The notes: generated from the letters alone by a model not told the origin. Positions 37,790 to 50,695 are shown, numbered from the stretch's first letter. The stretch: DNA of 50,882 bases from Nemertoderma westbladi (GCA_032718475.1 JAUCBJ010002604.1:1-50882); one strand, 5' to 3'. Made by a program: numbers and translations.

Positions 37790-39298
37790 ATGACTGAGTT
37801 GATAGAAGATGATCTTGGTATCAGGGAGCGATATACTCTACCTTTACAGGCGTTTGTTGATAGCTTGATACACGGCGACGCTGGTCCAACTACTACGGAG
37901 GACGATGGTCGTTATATCGAACCGCCAATGTCCGCGTGAATTGGACTATAGAAAATTCACCGCTCGCTATACGCCTCGTAATGGTACGTATATGGACTTC
38001 TTAACTACCGGCCATCCTATAGATTTACACGATACGGACGATGTAGACACCGAAAGGGAAATGGTTTTATTTAAATATCCTACCCAGCGGAGGCGGAACG
38101 ATAAACCGAGAATGGAACACGAGAATTCTATTCGAAACAGACTCGAAAGAGAAGACATTGAAGAGCCGGATAAACGCAGCGACTTCAACGATTATCTGGA
38201 ATTCCTGAGAGAAACATATCTCAATATTGCCAATCAACAAAATCTAGAAACTCGATATCCTCAAGGTATACATAATGATCCTATGATAGAACTCAAACGA
38301 CTCTATTTCACTATGATGTATCTTACCACCGATCGACCGCTACCTGTCATCCCAGATAGCTTCGAACAGATGGAGGAATATTGTAAAACCGAATAAATAT
38401 CACCCGCGTTTCCCCTATAAGACGTGCGTCTTTGGTATTATTGCGATGAATGCCCAAGACCCAACCAACAAACGGAAAGACATAAACATCCACGGAGACG
38501 TTGCTTTAAACACGGTTTTACTCGCTATATTTACGGGAGTTTCGAGCGAAACTTGTTCGATGTATCAGCTACGCTCATTCGATTCAAACGATCCTTAAAT
38601 AAACCTATGATCAGAGTTCCGGAATACTCGGTCAGACCTCCTCATTCCCTAGTTAGACCTCAGACTCTTGATCCGAATAGTATCACGGATCCTCACGAAC
38701 TGTGCTCACTGTTCAAAGATCTAGTTTTACCCGAACAGTTAGTCGGTGGCACTCCGGTTGTGGGCTCCCTAGATATTCGCCCATCTTACCTAGCCGGATT
38801 GGGACGCGGACATCTAATATCGCCATTCAACCGTATCATCGTCCCTGTTTAACCTGATACAATCTGTCACCGAGGCGGAGGAAAGAGTTGTACGAAACTC
38901 GTTGGACACTATTCGTCAAAAGATCGGAAAATGAACCTACAATTGTTTAGAAAAACGTAGATTGCAACAGCAAGTCCAAGCGGTAAACGAATTAACTTTA
39001 TCTCAGTTCGATCAGGAAATTCAGAATCTCTAAGAAGATATCGAACTTGGACGACCCTATTCTCTGCAAGAGTTTTGAACAAACGCATCCAACGATAAGC
39101 GTAGGAAAATCAGCTCGAGGAGAAGCATATCGAAATGGACGAGACATCGACCGTAACCCTAAACCTTCTGATGCAATTGTATTGCACCCTTCACCCAGGA
39201 GTTATAGCCCTCCTAGTAAAGTGGCTCGCCCCAAAGAGAAAAGGACTCTTGCTAGCCTCAAAAAACTGCGTAAACGCCGTCCGTGTAAGAAAGACTAA
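37790..39298 (+). pseudogene. Decayed long ORF of unknown family, possibly a retroelement accessory gene
   Basis: ATG 37790 frame (MTELIEDDLG...) shifts into ORF 37905-38396. ORF 38424-38852 is in the same frame after one stop. The last piece, 39047-39298, ends in a basic KKLRKRRPCKK tail. Confidence 0.5.
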
Positions 39299-39376
39299 CT
39301 GTTTAGAGTATTTTTATTTTTTAGAAACTGTGATTTTTTATATTTTATAGAATTAAATCCCATTTTCTGGGAGCGG

Positions 39377-40359
39377 TGTAAAAGCTTTTGCGGGATATAA
39401 CTGGCCCTTTTCTCCGCAATGTACTGTGTAAGGTGTTTTTAGAGGACATAACTAGCGATTTATCCGCTGTGTCTGCATGTGTGATTTAGCGGACATAAAA
39501 AGCCAGTTTTCCCACAATGCGCTCAAATACTCTAAACTACCTAACTCAAATGATGCAATCTACCAACCGATTTGCTGTACGCCTATAGGCTCTTTGTTCT
39601 GTTCGATCAACCAATCAGAACAATGATCCACCAATCAGAGCGATTTCGCCTTGTGTTGAATATGGGCTGCAAAAACCCGAATAGTTCGGCATTTAGACAT
39701 TCGTGGAACCTACAGAATCTGGAACTCGGCCAATGAGAGCTGTTTCTCTTTGTGTTGAAAGATACCTACAACAGCCCAGAGGGATCAGTTGTGTTGGTTT
39801 TTCCGAGCCTAGAAGACCGGCTTTGGAATTTCTGTGTTTTTCAGGCTTTTAGCCAAACATTAGTAGGCTTTGGTCATAGAACGTATAACCGTTATCTAAT
39901 CAATCTGACAAATCAATCTGACTAAACAATCTAAACAAACCACGGTGCAAACAATTCAATTCAAACAAACACCGCATTTTTACTGCTACTTACTGTTGGT
40001 TATTAATTATATCAGTTGATGGAATAATATTATATGTGGATAATATCGATAAATAATTATAAAACCCCCAATCTTCTTGATATACTGAAGGTAAGAGTAC
40101 CGGTTACATATAACAATTGCGACTTACATTAAAGTGGTTTTGGAGTGAATCTAATGCTATTTCATAGGCACTACATGAGTCAGTCGTTGTTTTCTTTATA
40201 TGTGACTAAAATTAGTGAAGGTCGGCAGATCGGTGTGCAGCATTGTGCGGTAGTGTGCATGATTGTGACTGATAACGAAGCATCTCCTAAAGAATGCGCC
40301 TTATACGTGAATCCATAGCCATCCCGTTGTGTCTAGTGTAAGTCATAACTCTGTTTACA
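39377..40359 (+). repeat. Possible LTR (TGTAAA...TTTACA)
   Basis: Preceded by PPT-like GGGAGCGG; 6-bp terminal inverted match, short internal repeats and several CCAAT boxes. No second copy in the window. Confidence 0.35.
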
Positions 40360-40879
40360 TATTTAGAGCGCCACGTCCTAAAGGAACTGTTAATATTTCC
40401 CGAAAGTGAATAATATTGGTCAGAGATTATATATTAACAATCAGTCGAATAATACAGTAGGCCTACACCGCAATAAGGTCAAAGCTTCCGAATCCAGTCT
40501 CCCGGGTATATCCAGCGGGTGAATGGTCGCGCATAGACTGGCTTCGGCTAATGTAGTGTAACAAATACTCGTCATAGGCTAAAGTCGATTTATAACCTAG
40601 AAGACATATAGATTTGGCAGGTTAAACTGCTAAAGGTCTAAAAGCGCGAACAGATTTCCACCTGGTCATTTTATTAAAACAGTTAAAGTGAACCTACTAC
40701 TTTAAACATTAAAAAACATTCTAGAATAATATTTTGAAGTATTTAAAGGCAACAGATTAACATTTTAAGGTAATTATTAGGAATTATAATTCTTTAAAAA
40801 ATATTCTAGAACAAAAAATATTTGTTCTTGAACATTTTTTTTTTACAAAACTATAGCTAATATAATAACACTAACATAA

Positions 40880-41610
40880 TATTTTCGTTTTAGAACATTA
40901 ACGTCATCTTCTGTTAGACGTTAGCTATTGTTTTTTTTATGGTAGCTAGTGATTTCTTTTAGGTAGCTACTGTTTTTAAAATTACAAAACCAAATTTTTG
41001 GTACCTAATTTTTAATCAATTTTTTTACCATGTTATTGGATATTATCATGATGTTTTTCGTTCTAGAACATAAATTTCACCTTCTGAGAGAGGTTACCTA
41101 TTATTTTTTATTATGGTAGCAACCGGTAGTGTTTTTAAAGGTAGATAGTGATCTTAAAATTACAAAATAAATTTTATAGTGCCCCTTTTATTTAGACAAT
41201 TTCCATATCATCAATATATTCTCGCAATTAATAAAAAGATAAATAAATCTAGTAATAAGTAAAATAGGCCTAAATAAGTAAAATAAGTAAAAACTCTATT
41301 TTGAAATCCGCCTATATTTTGTATAAAATATAAAAAACTAGCTAGTGAATAATTACTAGCTACTTTGATTATCAAATAAAAATTACTAGCTACACCATGA
41401 CTCATAAATTATTCCATGCAAATATATAATTGAGAATTAAATTCCCGGTATATCTTACATTTACTAGCTAATAAATAGTGCTAGCTAACACAAAATCAAA
41501 ATTACTAGCTACCATCTTATTGTCAGAAGGTAAAATATTTGTTCTAGAGAAAAACCTCATGATAAAAGCAATTCATATGAAAAAATGGGTCAAAATTTGG
41601 GCGCCCACTA
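40880..41610. repeat. AT-rich diverged direct and inverted repeats (non-autonomous DNA-element-like)
   Basis: TTCGTT(T/C)TAGAACAT...CTTCTG...ATGGTAGC...AAAATTACAAAA at ~40880 and ~41055, with a reverse-complement-like copy near 41500-41605. Confidence 0.5.
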
Positions 41611-41710
41611 CCAAGGGCGTAGTAATGCCGCAAAATCATTAGTAATAAAGTAAATAACCTTTTTTGTCGGCGTAACAAATAAGTGGGAACACAGCGGTAG
41701 ATTCTTTTGT

Positions 41711-42375
41711 CATCTGGCGTTCCATTGATCAGCTACTCTCCTTACTTTGTGTGTACCGGTACATCTGGCGTTCCATTGATCAGCTACTCTCCTTACTTTG
41801 TGTGTACCAGTACATCTGGCGTTCCATTGATCAGCTACTCTCCTTACTTTGTGTGTACCGGTACATCTGGCGTTCCATTGATCATCTACTCTCCTTACTT
41901 TGTGTGTACCGGTACATCTGGCGTTCCATTGATCAGCTACTCTCCTTACTTTGTGTGTACCGGTACATCTGGCGTTCCATTGATCAGCTACACTCCTTAC
42001 TTTGTGTGTACCGGTACATCTGGCGTTCCATTGATCATCTACTCTCCTTACTTTGTGTGTACCGGTACATCTGGCGTTCCATTGATCAGCTACTCTCCTT
42101 ACTTTGTGTGTACCGGTACATCTGGCGTTCCATTGATCAGCTACTCTCCTTACTTTGTGTGTACCGGTACATCTGGCGTTCCATTGATCAGCTACTCTCC
42201 TTACTTTGTGTGTACCGGTACATCTGGCGTTCCATTGATCAGCTACACTCCTTACTTTGTGTGTACCGGTACATCTGGCGTTCCATTGATCAGCTACACT
42301 CCTTACTTTGTGTGTACCGGTACATCTGGCGTTCCATTGATCAGCTACACTCCTTACTTTGTGTGTACCGGTACA
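41711..42375. repeat. 51-bp minisatellite, 13 copies
   Basis: CATCTGGCGTTCCATTGATCAGCTACTCTCCTTACTTTGTGTGTACCGGTA x13 with few substitutions. Confidence 0.97.
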
Positions 42376-43199
42376 CATTGGAACTACATCTCGTGAACTG
42401 CATCGGATAAGCAATATTAATTACAGTACTTAGTAAATGTAAAGGCTAAATGGATAGTAAGAATCCGACTAAATGTGTGTAAATTTATTCGTTATTCTAT
42501 AAAACAGTACCAACCTTGTAGTTAATTCGATGTTATATGACACATAAACTCAGCATCACTTTAATTATTGGTACTAAAGCCACCAGAATTGTAATATTTC
42601 AACTAATTGTGATGTTTTTGTACAAAATTTACGACTTTGTTAGAAGTGCGTTACTGGTTTTTGGGAATCAACTATTCTAGAATACGGGGTTTCTAAGAAT
42701 ACTAACAATACAGTAATATTAATTCCGACCTGCACAGGAAATGCCACGTATACGTATTTTAATATATGTAAATGGCGGATGTTGAGGGTGGGTGGGGGGG
42801 GGGGGGTTATAGTAAGGTTATAGTTTGTGTAAGTAAGTAACCATTTTAGTTACAAATTGAGGGAAAGGAGCAGGTTACACCCTGCAAACCACCCATGTTA
42901 ATCTAACGTTGGGTTTATGTTAGACATTCGTTAAAAATGACAGTTAGAATTGAACCATAAACCTACGTTAAAATACGTTAGAATTCTGTAAATTTTTAAC
43001 GTAAATTTTTTACTGTAATTATACGATAAAAATCAACAGAGATCTGACATTTACAAATTTTTTAACGTTGATTTAACGTTAGTTTTTAACGATATGAAAC
43101 AATATCAGTTAATATACAACATTAGTATTAGATTGCATACTAATTTATGCTTTATTGAAAGTGGTTTCCCAAGATTGCTTGATATCGTAAGCTTGATAT

Positions 43200-43790
43200 C
43201 GTAAGCTTGATAAGCTAGCTTAGTTTTGGACTTAGCCTTAAATGCTTTAAATGGCACAAATTGATCTATACCAGACTTAAATATAGCGCTAAAATTGGAC
43301 CAGTAGTCGTTTACAGTATTACAATTACTATACGCATCTTGAAAATTACAAGTATCCATAAACTGTGGAAAACCAGTGTAGTCTGCATTTTTAAAATCGT
43401 AAAAGCCAACATTTACTTGTGATTCAGTTTGACAGGGCGATAAAATACTGAAGCAGACACTGGAATGATCGCTTGTTGAAAATCACTATCTCGAAAATCA
43501 CTATCAGCCACTATCTCGAGATCCTTGTACTCATCCTTCTCCGTAATCGAGTTTACCGGGACAGCCGCTATTTCCTTCTTTATCAGTAAAACCACGCCAC
43601 CACCAGTTGTAGTGGAACGATCTTTCCGATGAACATTAAACTTGTTTCCACCATTTATCATGCGATCCAAAAAACTTCCATTCATCCAGGTTTCAGTTAT
43701 TCCTATGATGACGAATCCTGGTTTCAGTTATTCCTACGACGACTCCAGTTCTACTAACTTATTGTTACCGAGTGATTCCCCGAACTTATA
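43200..43790 (-). mobile_element. Non-LTR retrotransposon (CR1/L2/Jockey-like) ORF2 AP-endonuclease fragment
   Basis: IIGITETW, HRKDRSTTTGGGVVLLIK, YDFKNADY and YWSNFSAIFKSGIDQFVP on the minus strand; internally deleted. Confidence 0.85.
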
Positions 43791-45197
43791 TATTTTATTC
43801 TAAGTTTATTAGGAGGTGGAGGAGGGGGTGGTAACCTAAACGGAATTTTAATTTACTATGAGAACAATGCCCCGTTTATAAGTGAGCATATAATTAATGC
43901 TGTGAACCCTCGGTAACTTCCTGATGTACAGTTCAGTATAAAACATTAGGAATTAGGATTCCCCTGCTCTAAGAGCCCAAGGGACTGGCATATAACAGTA
44001 CGGCTACTGGCTCTACTGCTGCCTGGTATAAATGGATGGATAAATGGGCCTGGATGCTATCTTCTCACCGGGAAGATAGCATGGGGGGGAGTGTTAGCGT
44101 ATTCAATTCCGCTAGCCAGCCCCACAAAGTAGGCTTTAAACAATATTGGGAGCACGAGGTTGATTACCAATCAACGGTGTCACCCCAATAAACGGGGACA
44201 ACAGACCCCAGGGGAACACACAAACGGGGTCAGAGGTTACACCTCCGGGAGAGAGAGAATAACAGCAGTGGAGGGGAAACACTCCCAGAGAGATGGGAGG
44301 CGAGAAGTGAGTTATTAGCCAATGGGGGAAAGCATCGACTGAGTAATGTAATGCGGCCAACGGTGCACGGTAAACTGGGAAATAAGCACCCGTTCAGACA
44401 CCAAAACCACTGATAAGACAGCAACCAAGAAACGATATGCTTGTCACCAACTATGAAGTGTTCCTCGGATCACTCTGGCTCAGACACGAAGGGATGTGAA
44501 AACATATATTATGGTGATGTGAACCCCAGAGGTAAGAAAAAATATAGCAGTCAGGGCAAGCCGAATAGGATCATACCTCCCCCCAAGTCTAATAGTTCCC
44601 CCAAGAAAGCATATACGGATAACCATAAGATGGGCACAACTTGTCACGACATGCTTCTTGTGTCTTAGACCGGGACATGTGAGACGTAAGTGCCAACTAA
44701 TAGACACGAAAACGTGTCCGGCGTGTCAAGGCTCCCATTACCCCTTGCTACACCTAGACCAGGCCCCGAAGGGAGAAATAGACCAACGTGTACAACTTCA
44801 CTGATTATGAGACAGACTCACCCGATGAAGGACCGGATGAATTCTACCCTGGAGAGTTTACAACGAATGCTGTAACCATGTTAGTGTGTATGAAGCCTTT
44901 ACCTATGAGGAACCCGTATTGGAAGATTGTTTCAAAATTGAGAACAATCCCAACACCCAGTCATTTCAGGATGCATGAGTCAGAGAGTTTTATTATCTAT
45001 GTGAATAAATGAGACTTAAAGAGTTAAAAAAAAAGTCAGAGAGTTTCCGGTGCTCCAATTCAGGCTCCACGCGGGAAGTAATAGTGTTGTGGTAAATGCC
45101 TTAATGGACACCAGGAGTACGGGCACCTTCATAGACGCAGAGTTAGCCGAATCATTGTTCGCCAAGGAACAAGGCATTACACACTATTTAACATTAT

Positions 45198-46314
45198 TCC
45201 AGGACCCTAGATTATTTATTATCCTGGTGCTAATTTTTACTAGTTACGATTTTAGATATGGCATTTTTTAGCTGGATTAAAAATTATTATTATTACATGA
45301 AACTAACATTTGTTCTTTGAAGGTCACATAGCCGCATGCATACTGTACATCAAAGCGCTTTTCTCTGTGTCACTAATGCTGTATTCTTCATTTTGAAGGA
45401 CGAAGGTAATAACTCCTCTTGATGATGATGAAGTTTATCTGTTGTTTATATCAGTTCCGATTACTGATGGAGCCTCCAGCGGTCGTTCATACCTTTTTAT
45501 CTTGATCATCTCGGCGTTTTCTGGCCAAATGACGCGCACATACTCCAATATTTGGCGTTACTTTCTCTATTCTATTTGGTATATTCTCCAACCAATGATG
45601 TTGGTCTATTAAGTTTTTTGGGAACAGGTAAACTGTTGCCTTCTCTTCTTGCGAGGCATAATTTCCTTTACAGCCTGCTACAGAGCAATTGCGTGGCATC
45701 CCTAATGTGATGATTTGCAGAGATTATCATATTATCATATCATGTACTGTATGTTCGAACTAATTGACTGATAAATTATGAGAGATCTACTCACCTAATG
45801 CTACTTATAGATCATCTCTATTTAAATGTTAAAAATAATATAATCTAAAAATATTTCAATAATAAAAAAAACGTTTTAAAAAAAGTATCAACAACTACAG
45901 TAGCTAGTATGTACAGTACATGATCTTTTAACTTGATGAAACAAGTTCTAGAATAAAAAGTTAAGATTAAAACCCAGGCGTCCTAAACTATTTTATTGTT
46001 AAATTTGCTAGAAATTTCCACTGTGTTTCTGTTTACTATGTAATAGGCGATACTATTGTATGTGTGTGTACCCATAAACGAATTTTTGCTGCTATTTTTT
46101 TTTATCTAGTTTTTGTATTAGTAATTTTAGTAATAGTATTGTAGTATAATTTTCGCCAATACTGTAGTATTGCAACTGCATCTCTTTTATTTAGCTACTC
46201 TATATCTATAAACTAAGAAACTAAGATAATGAATACCGGCCTCTAATAAAATTAACACTGTATGCGAGCATCGCATCCTGAATACTGTATATACTATGTT
46301 CTAGAAGTCCTTGC
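45198..46314 (-). mobile_element. Internally deleted THAP-domain DNA transposon (P-element-like)
   Basis: Flanked by duplicated TAACATTAT (45189-45197 and 46315-46323); imperfect TIRs CCAGGACCCTAGA / TCTAGAAGTCCTTG; contains a THAP ORF; splits the colinear BEL protease sequence. Confidence 0.75.
45435..45699 (-). pseudogene. THAP zinc-finger domain (transposase N-terminus), frameshifted
   Basis: MPRNCSVAGC...FPKN...W...VCARH; after a frameshift near 45527 it continues WPEN...ERPLEAPSV. This fits the C2CH THAP pattern. Confidence 0.85.
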
Positions 46315-48311
46315 TAACATTATCTGGGATAATGAAACGTTGTCAGTCCACGATTGAAACAAAGTAATATAAGGCATCCATGCGATGTCCACACCGCAAG
46401 ATACCAGTGGCTGGGATAAGGTGTCTAACATTATAATGGTTGACATCCAGAATTTTGCCAAAAGTCAGGCAAAGACTGGGATGATGACGCCCTCGTAAGT
46501 AATCATAATATTCCACGTTTCACCCCACACTACCCAGGCCTACTGATGTTGATAGGCCAAAATGTACCAGAGGCCTTAGAGATTTTGGAGAAACGACCCA
46601 GACATCCAGAACCAATGTTAGCCTACGCCTTGTTACGCTTATGTTACTGTACCGGGTCCTCCCAGAAGACGCTGTTGGAGCGAAAAGGACCAACAAATAC
46701 AGACACTGACACTTGCAACTTAGTGACCCACCTATGCAATGAAACTATAGCGACGGAAGATGATGTCTTAACTACCCCTGACCAAACCGACAGCGGTAGT
46801 GACGCTCCCCTGTCCTCAGACCAAGACTGTTTCTTTACTAGGTACAGTGAACCCAATATCGTGACCCCGATGACCGACCAAGAATTGCTTACCACCCATT
46901 TGGAGTTGTGCAATTTGCTACACGCACCTCCCGACCTGCAGCAAGAACTGAGCGAGCTCGAGGAAGCCAGGCGTCTTCTAAAACTATAAGAACATACAGT
47001 TACTTGGATGCAGCAGGAGATACTCGAGCAAAACTCCAATGACAAGGCATTGTCAGTGGAAGAGGAGCGAGCAGATACAGAGAACCACCACCAGGTTTTT
47101 GCTGGAACAAGGCAAATACAAAGTGGGGCTTCCCTGGCGGTCCCCCCAACCTCGGGTCTGTTAGGCAAAGGTCTGTTATTATTTAATATTTGAAACATTC
47201 TTACCCATAATGCCGCACAAGTCCATAAAATGTGTCACCCTGCGCTCCATAGCCATGGAAATTCAAATGATAAAGACACAATGAATTGATATATTTTTGG
47301 TGGTTAATTCAAATCATTTGAATTTCCCGGGCTATCTATGGTCGGAGCAGATTGGCACCTTCTGACCTATTCAGCTATATATTACTGCTGTACTGTATTC
47401 TGGTATTAATGACTTGTATCATGCAGTCATGCCTGCATGCCGTATTCTGGTATTCTGCATTCAGCATTGGACCGGTGCATATCTGCTTAATGCAATAGCA
47501 ACTGCAATACTGCACTACTGCAATAATTTATAACATTATATATATATATATACTAGAAAGCCAGCAAGCTGGCTGGAAGGAGCCCGGGGGAAAAATCCTA
47601 GCCAAGACTATTACAAAGAACTATGTCAGTTAGCAGTAAGTAAACTAAAATTGTCTAAACTGCAAGGCGTGAGGCTAGCTGACTTTGTGGCTCGCCCCAC
47701 ATAATAAAAAATGCAACTTAGCTACCACTAACAAAAATATAATATGAAGCAAATAATTTCATTATCAAGCACGTTTACAAGATATAAGATGCGATTACCG
47801 AATATTTATAAAAAATGCCCATGATGCACAACCAGATAAATAACAACGAATAGAGCCAAATAACAAATTTAGTTTCCTTCTATAGGTATTACCCCGTCGT
47901 CAAGCGGAATATCTCTTCCCAGTGAATTCTATGTGAATATGTAATATAGGTACTCCTTAGGCGGTAGGCCAGAACGGTCTCCTTAAATACATGCAACTAC
48001 TGTATTATAGTGTAGGTCAACTATAAAACATTTTGCAATCCACAGTGAGTAACAACTGCAATAGGACACAACACACTGCTTTGTGTAACTAAAATTCATT
48101 CTCCTGATCCACCCCCTAACATAGCAGAGTGAGTAACCTTATTGTAGATATACCCTTAGGAAGCACTGGGAGAGCAATCAGCTTATGGGGTAATACATTA
48201 GAAACCAACAGCTTCGCACATCGTTGTGCCGCTCATTGTGTCAAGTACAATGCACACAGCTCCAACCAGACACTATATAACATTGGAGGTGTCTCATTGG
48301 TTCCCCCAAGC

Positions 48312-48545
48312 TTGACACTAGAACAAAATCGCCTCCGCTTTGCAGGACATTGCTTTCGCCGTGAGGACCAGCCAGTGCATAATCTTGTACTTTGGCAGCC
48401 TCATGGAGTGAATAAGCAAAGCATGGTGGACAGCCCATGACTTTCTTGAGACGCATCTTAAAGGACACTGGCCTTGAAGATGCGGAAAATCTAGCAAATG
48501 TCATGGGTGATAGGGAGTTGTGGCGGTGCAATTTTTTTGACAAGC
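48312..48545 (+). mobile_element. RTE-clade LINE 3' fragment
   Basis: RLRFAGHCFRREDQPVHNLVLWQP, then after a frameshift PMTFLRRILKDTGLEDAENLANVMGDRELWR, typical of an RTE-type C-terminus. Confidence 0.75.
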
Positions 48546-48945
48546 CTGCACAGCATTCTTAAAAATGCAGCTGCAATGCAGCATGCCGATCCTAGTAGTT
48601 GTAGTACCCGCACTCACCTACCCCTACCCACCCTCCCACACCCTATTTACCCCCACCGACTGCCCGAACCTAACAAACACACCCACCCCTACTTTTTCTA
48701 CCTTATTCAGACTCCACGGCAAACATTATCGGAGCAATCAAGCCGTACCAGAAATTTGCAAAAACGGAAAGCAGGGACAGTTTTCGCCAAAACTTTTTTT
48801 TACAAGAACCGTTTTTTGATAATCGTTTCCTATAAAATAATGCTGCTAAGTGTTGGCGCCACTGCGCGTGGCAGTAATCATCCCGACCTTTTCTTTATTG
48901 TGCTATATTCATATTTATTTGTAAACGAAGAAATATATTTCAGTT

Positions 48946-49153
48946 CAGTTGAGTTTTATGCTTATTTAATATGTGATTCGATTTATCGAGAGATTGTAAC
49001 TATACTAATAGGTTTATTGAATTATTGTAAGTTGATTATTGGTGGTTTCAGTTGAGTTTATTCGCTTATTTATTATGTGAATTGCTTTATCGAGAGATTG
49101 TAACTATACTAATAGGTTTTATTGAACTATTGTAAGTTGAGTATTGGTGGTGT
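48946..49153. repeat. ~103-bp tandem duplication
   Basis: CAGTTGAGTTT...TTTATCGAGAGATTGTAACTATACTAATAGGTTT...TATTGGTGGT starting at 48946 and 49049. Confidence 0.9.
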
Positions 49154-49289
49154 GAGTTAATTAAGTTGTGCATTGTATTGTAATCTCAATCTAGAAGTAT
49201 GTATAAGATATATATATAATATAGTATATATAAGAATATATATATAATAATAAAAAATAATAGAAATAAGATATATATAGTATGTATAA

Positions 49290-50695
49290 GTATAATACAT
49301 ACATAAATATAAAAATAATAAAAAACAGATATAAAATAATGTAGTCACACACCCACTCCAGACGCTGTTACGTTGGGGAGTCCCTAGATGTTTGTTGGAT
49401 TAGGGAGGTGGTCGTGGGAAGAGTATCTTGCCTTCCATAGTTTCCGGATAGTTCTCTGTCTCTTTCCAGTAAACATAAACGACCAACTGGGCGATTGAGT
49501 TGTTGTGTTTCGAATACAATTCCAGGTTTCTTAAAGTTACGTCGCATGACGACGAGTTCTACCGATCGCACTAAACCATCATCGGATATATGAGTTTCGA
49601 TGATACGACCTGTCTGCCACCGCTTACGTGGAAGATCTGATTCCACAATAAGGACCATGTCTCCGGCGCTGACGTTTTCTTGCTGCGCAAACCACTTGGT
49701 TCGAAGTTGTAGCGTAGGCAGATAATGTTTTTCGAAATGGTCAGCGAAACGACAGGATAATAACTGCATAAGTTGCCAAGTTTGTCGGCAGTATTCGTCT
49801 CCGTCCGCGATTTCCGATTTTGGGAGCATGGCTACAGGTTTCTTCAGTAGGAAATGCGCGGGTGTTAGCGCTTCTAGGGAGTCGGGACTCGATGAGACTG
49901 GCATAAGCGGTCTCTTGTTAAGATAGGCGGCGATTTCCTCCATTAACATCCGCAAAAGTTCGTCGGTGAGATACGCGCGACAAGGCACTATAAAGTGAAA
50001 TGCGGTCTTCACGCTCCTTATTAATCTCTCCCAACTTCCTCCCCACCAAGGGGCGTCGGCGGCGTTGAAGGTCAGAGCTAGATGCTGTTACCCTTAGCTG
50101 ATCGTCCACCTGTCTTTGGTTCCAATCTTTAACGTAAGCATTGATCTCATTATTGGCGCCAATGAAGTTCGTTCCCTTATCAGATCTCATCGTGTTGCTA
50201 GTTCCAAAGCGAGCAATCTGTCGGCGTAAACTCAGTAGGAAGCTGTTGGTAGATAGATCGTTCACCATATCTAGATGGATCGCTCTACAAGTCATACAGA
50301 CAAAGATGACACACCATCGCTTGACTATAGTCCTAGCACGATATACTTCAATAGGGCCAAATAGATCCACACCGGTATTAGTAAAGGCTGGTTCATAGAA
50401 GCTTACTCGTTCCCTAGGTAATTCTGCCTCTCGCTGTGTTAAAGGCCTACTGAATGCTTTCCTACAGGGTATACAGATCCTAAGAACTTGGTTCAGAGCT
50501 CTACGGGGTTTATGGAAATAATAGCGAGTTCGAATTTCGCTAAGAACTCGTTCTCTACCAGCATGGTAAAGCCTACTGTGAACATCTACAATCATCTTGA
50601 TTTGTATTTCAAGATTTCTAATGAGTATGGGAAACTTAGTGTCAAAGGATAATGGAGCATTAGTTAATCTCCCTCCAACACGTATTAACCCATCT
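49290..50695 (-). mobile_element. Second, inverted copy of the BEL/Pao integrase region plus PPT and LTR start
   Basis: Near-identical protein to 34829-36153 (ORFs 49918-50595 and 49368-50012, frameshift ~50075), with the same GGAGTGGGTG-TGTGACTA junction at ~49349. Confidence 0.93.

Larger units (their letters stand above)
44640..47145 (+). pseudogene. Older, heavily decayed BEL/Pao gag-protease relic, interrupted by a DNA transposon
   Basis: CFLCLRPGHVRRKC...CPACQGSHYPLLH knuckles (~44650-44760), VNALMDTRSTGTFIDAELAE, LIGQNVPEALEILEKRP, NSNDKALSVEE and YKVGLPWR are all colinear with the 31-32.7 kb BEL protein. Confidence 0.85.

Noticed and set aside
41707-42414. Three 219-234 aa repetitive ORFs
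   Set aside because: Open only because the 51-bp unit lacks stops in those frames; there is no unique coding flank.
48498-49348. ORFs 48498-49055 and 49157-49348
   Set aside because: They span unrelated repeat fragments and AT-rich low-complexity sequence, with no domain signal.
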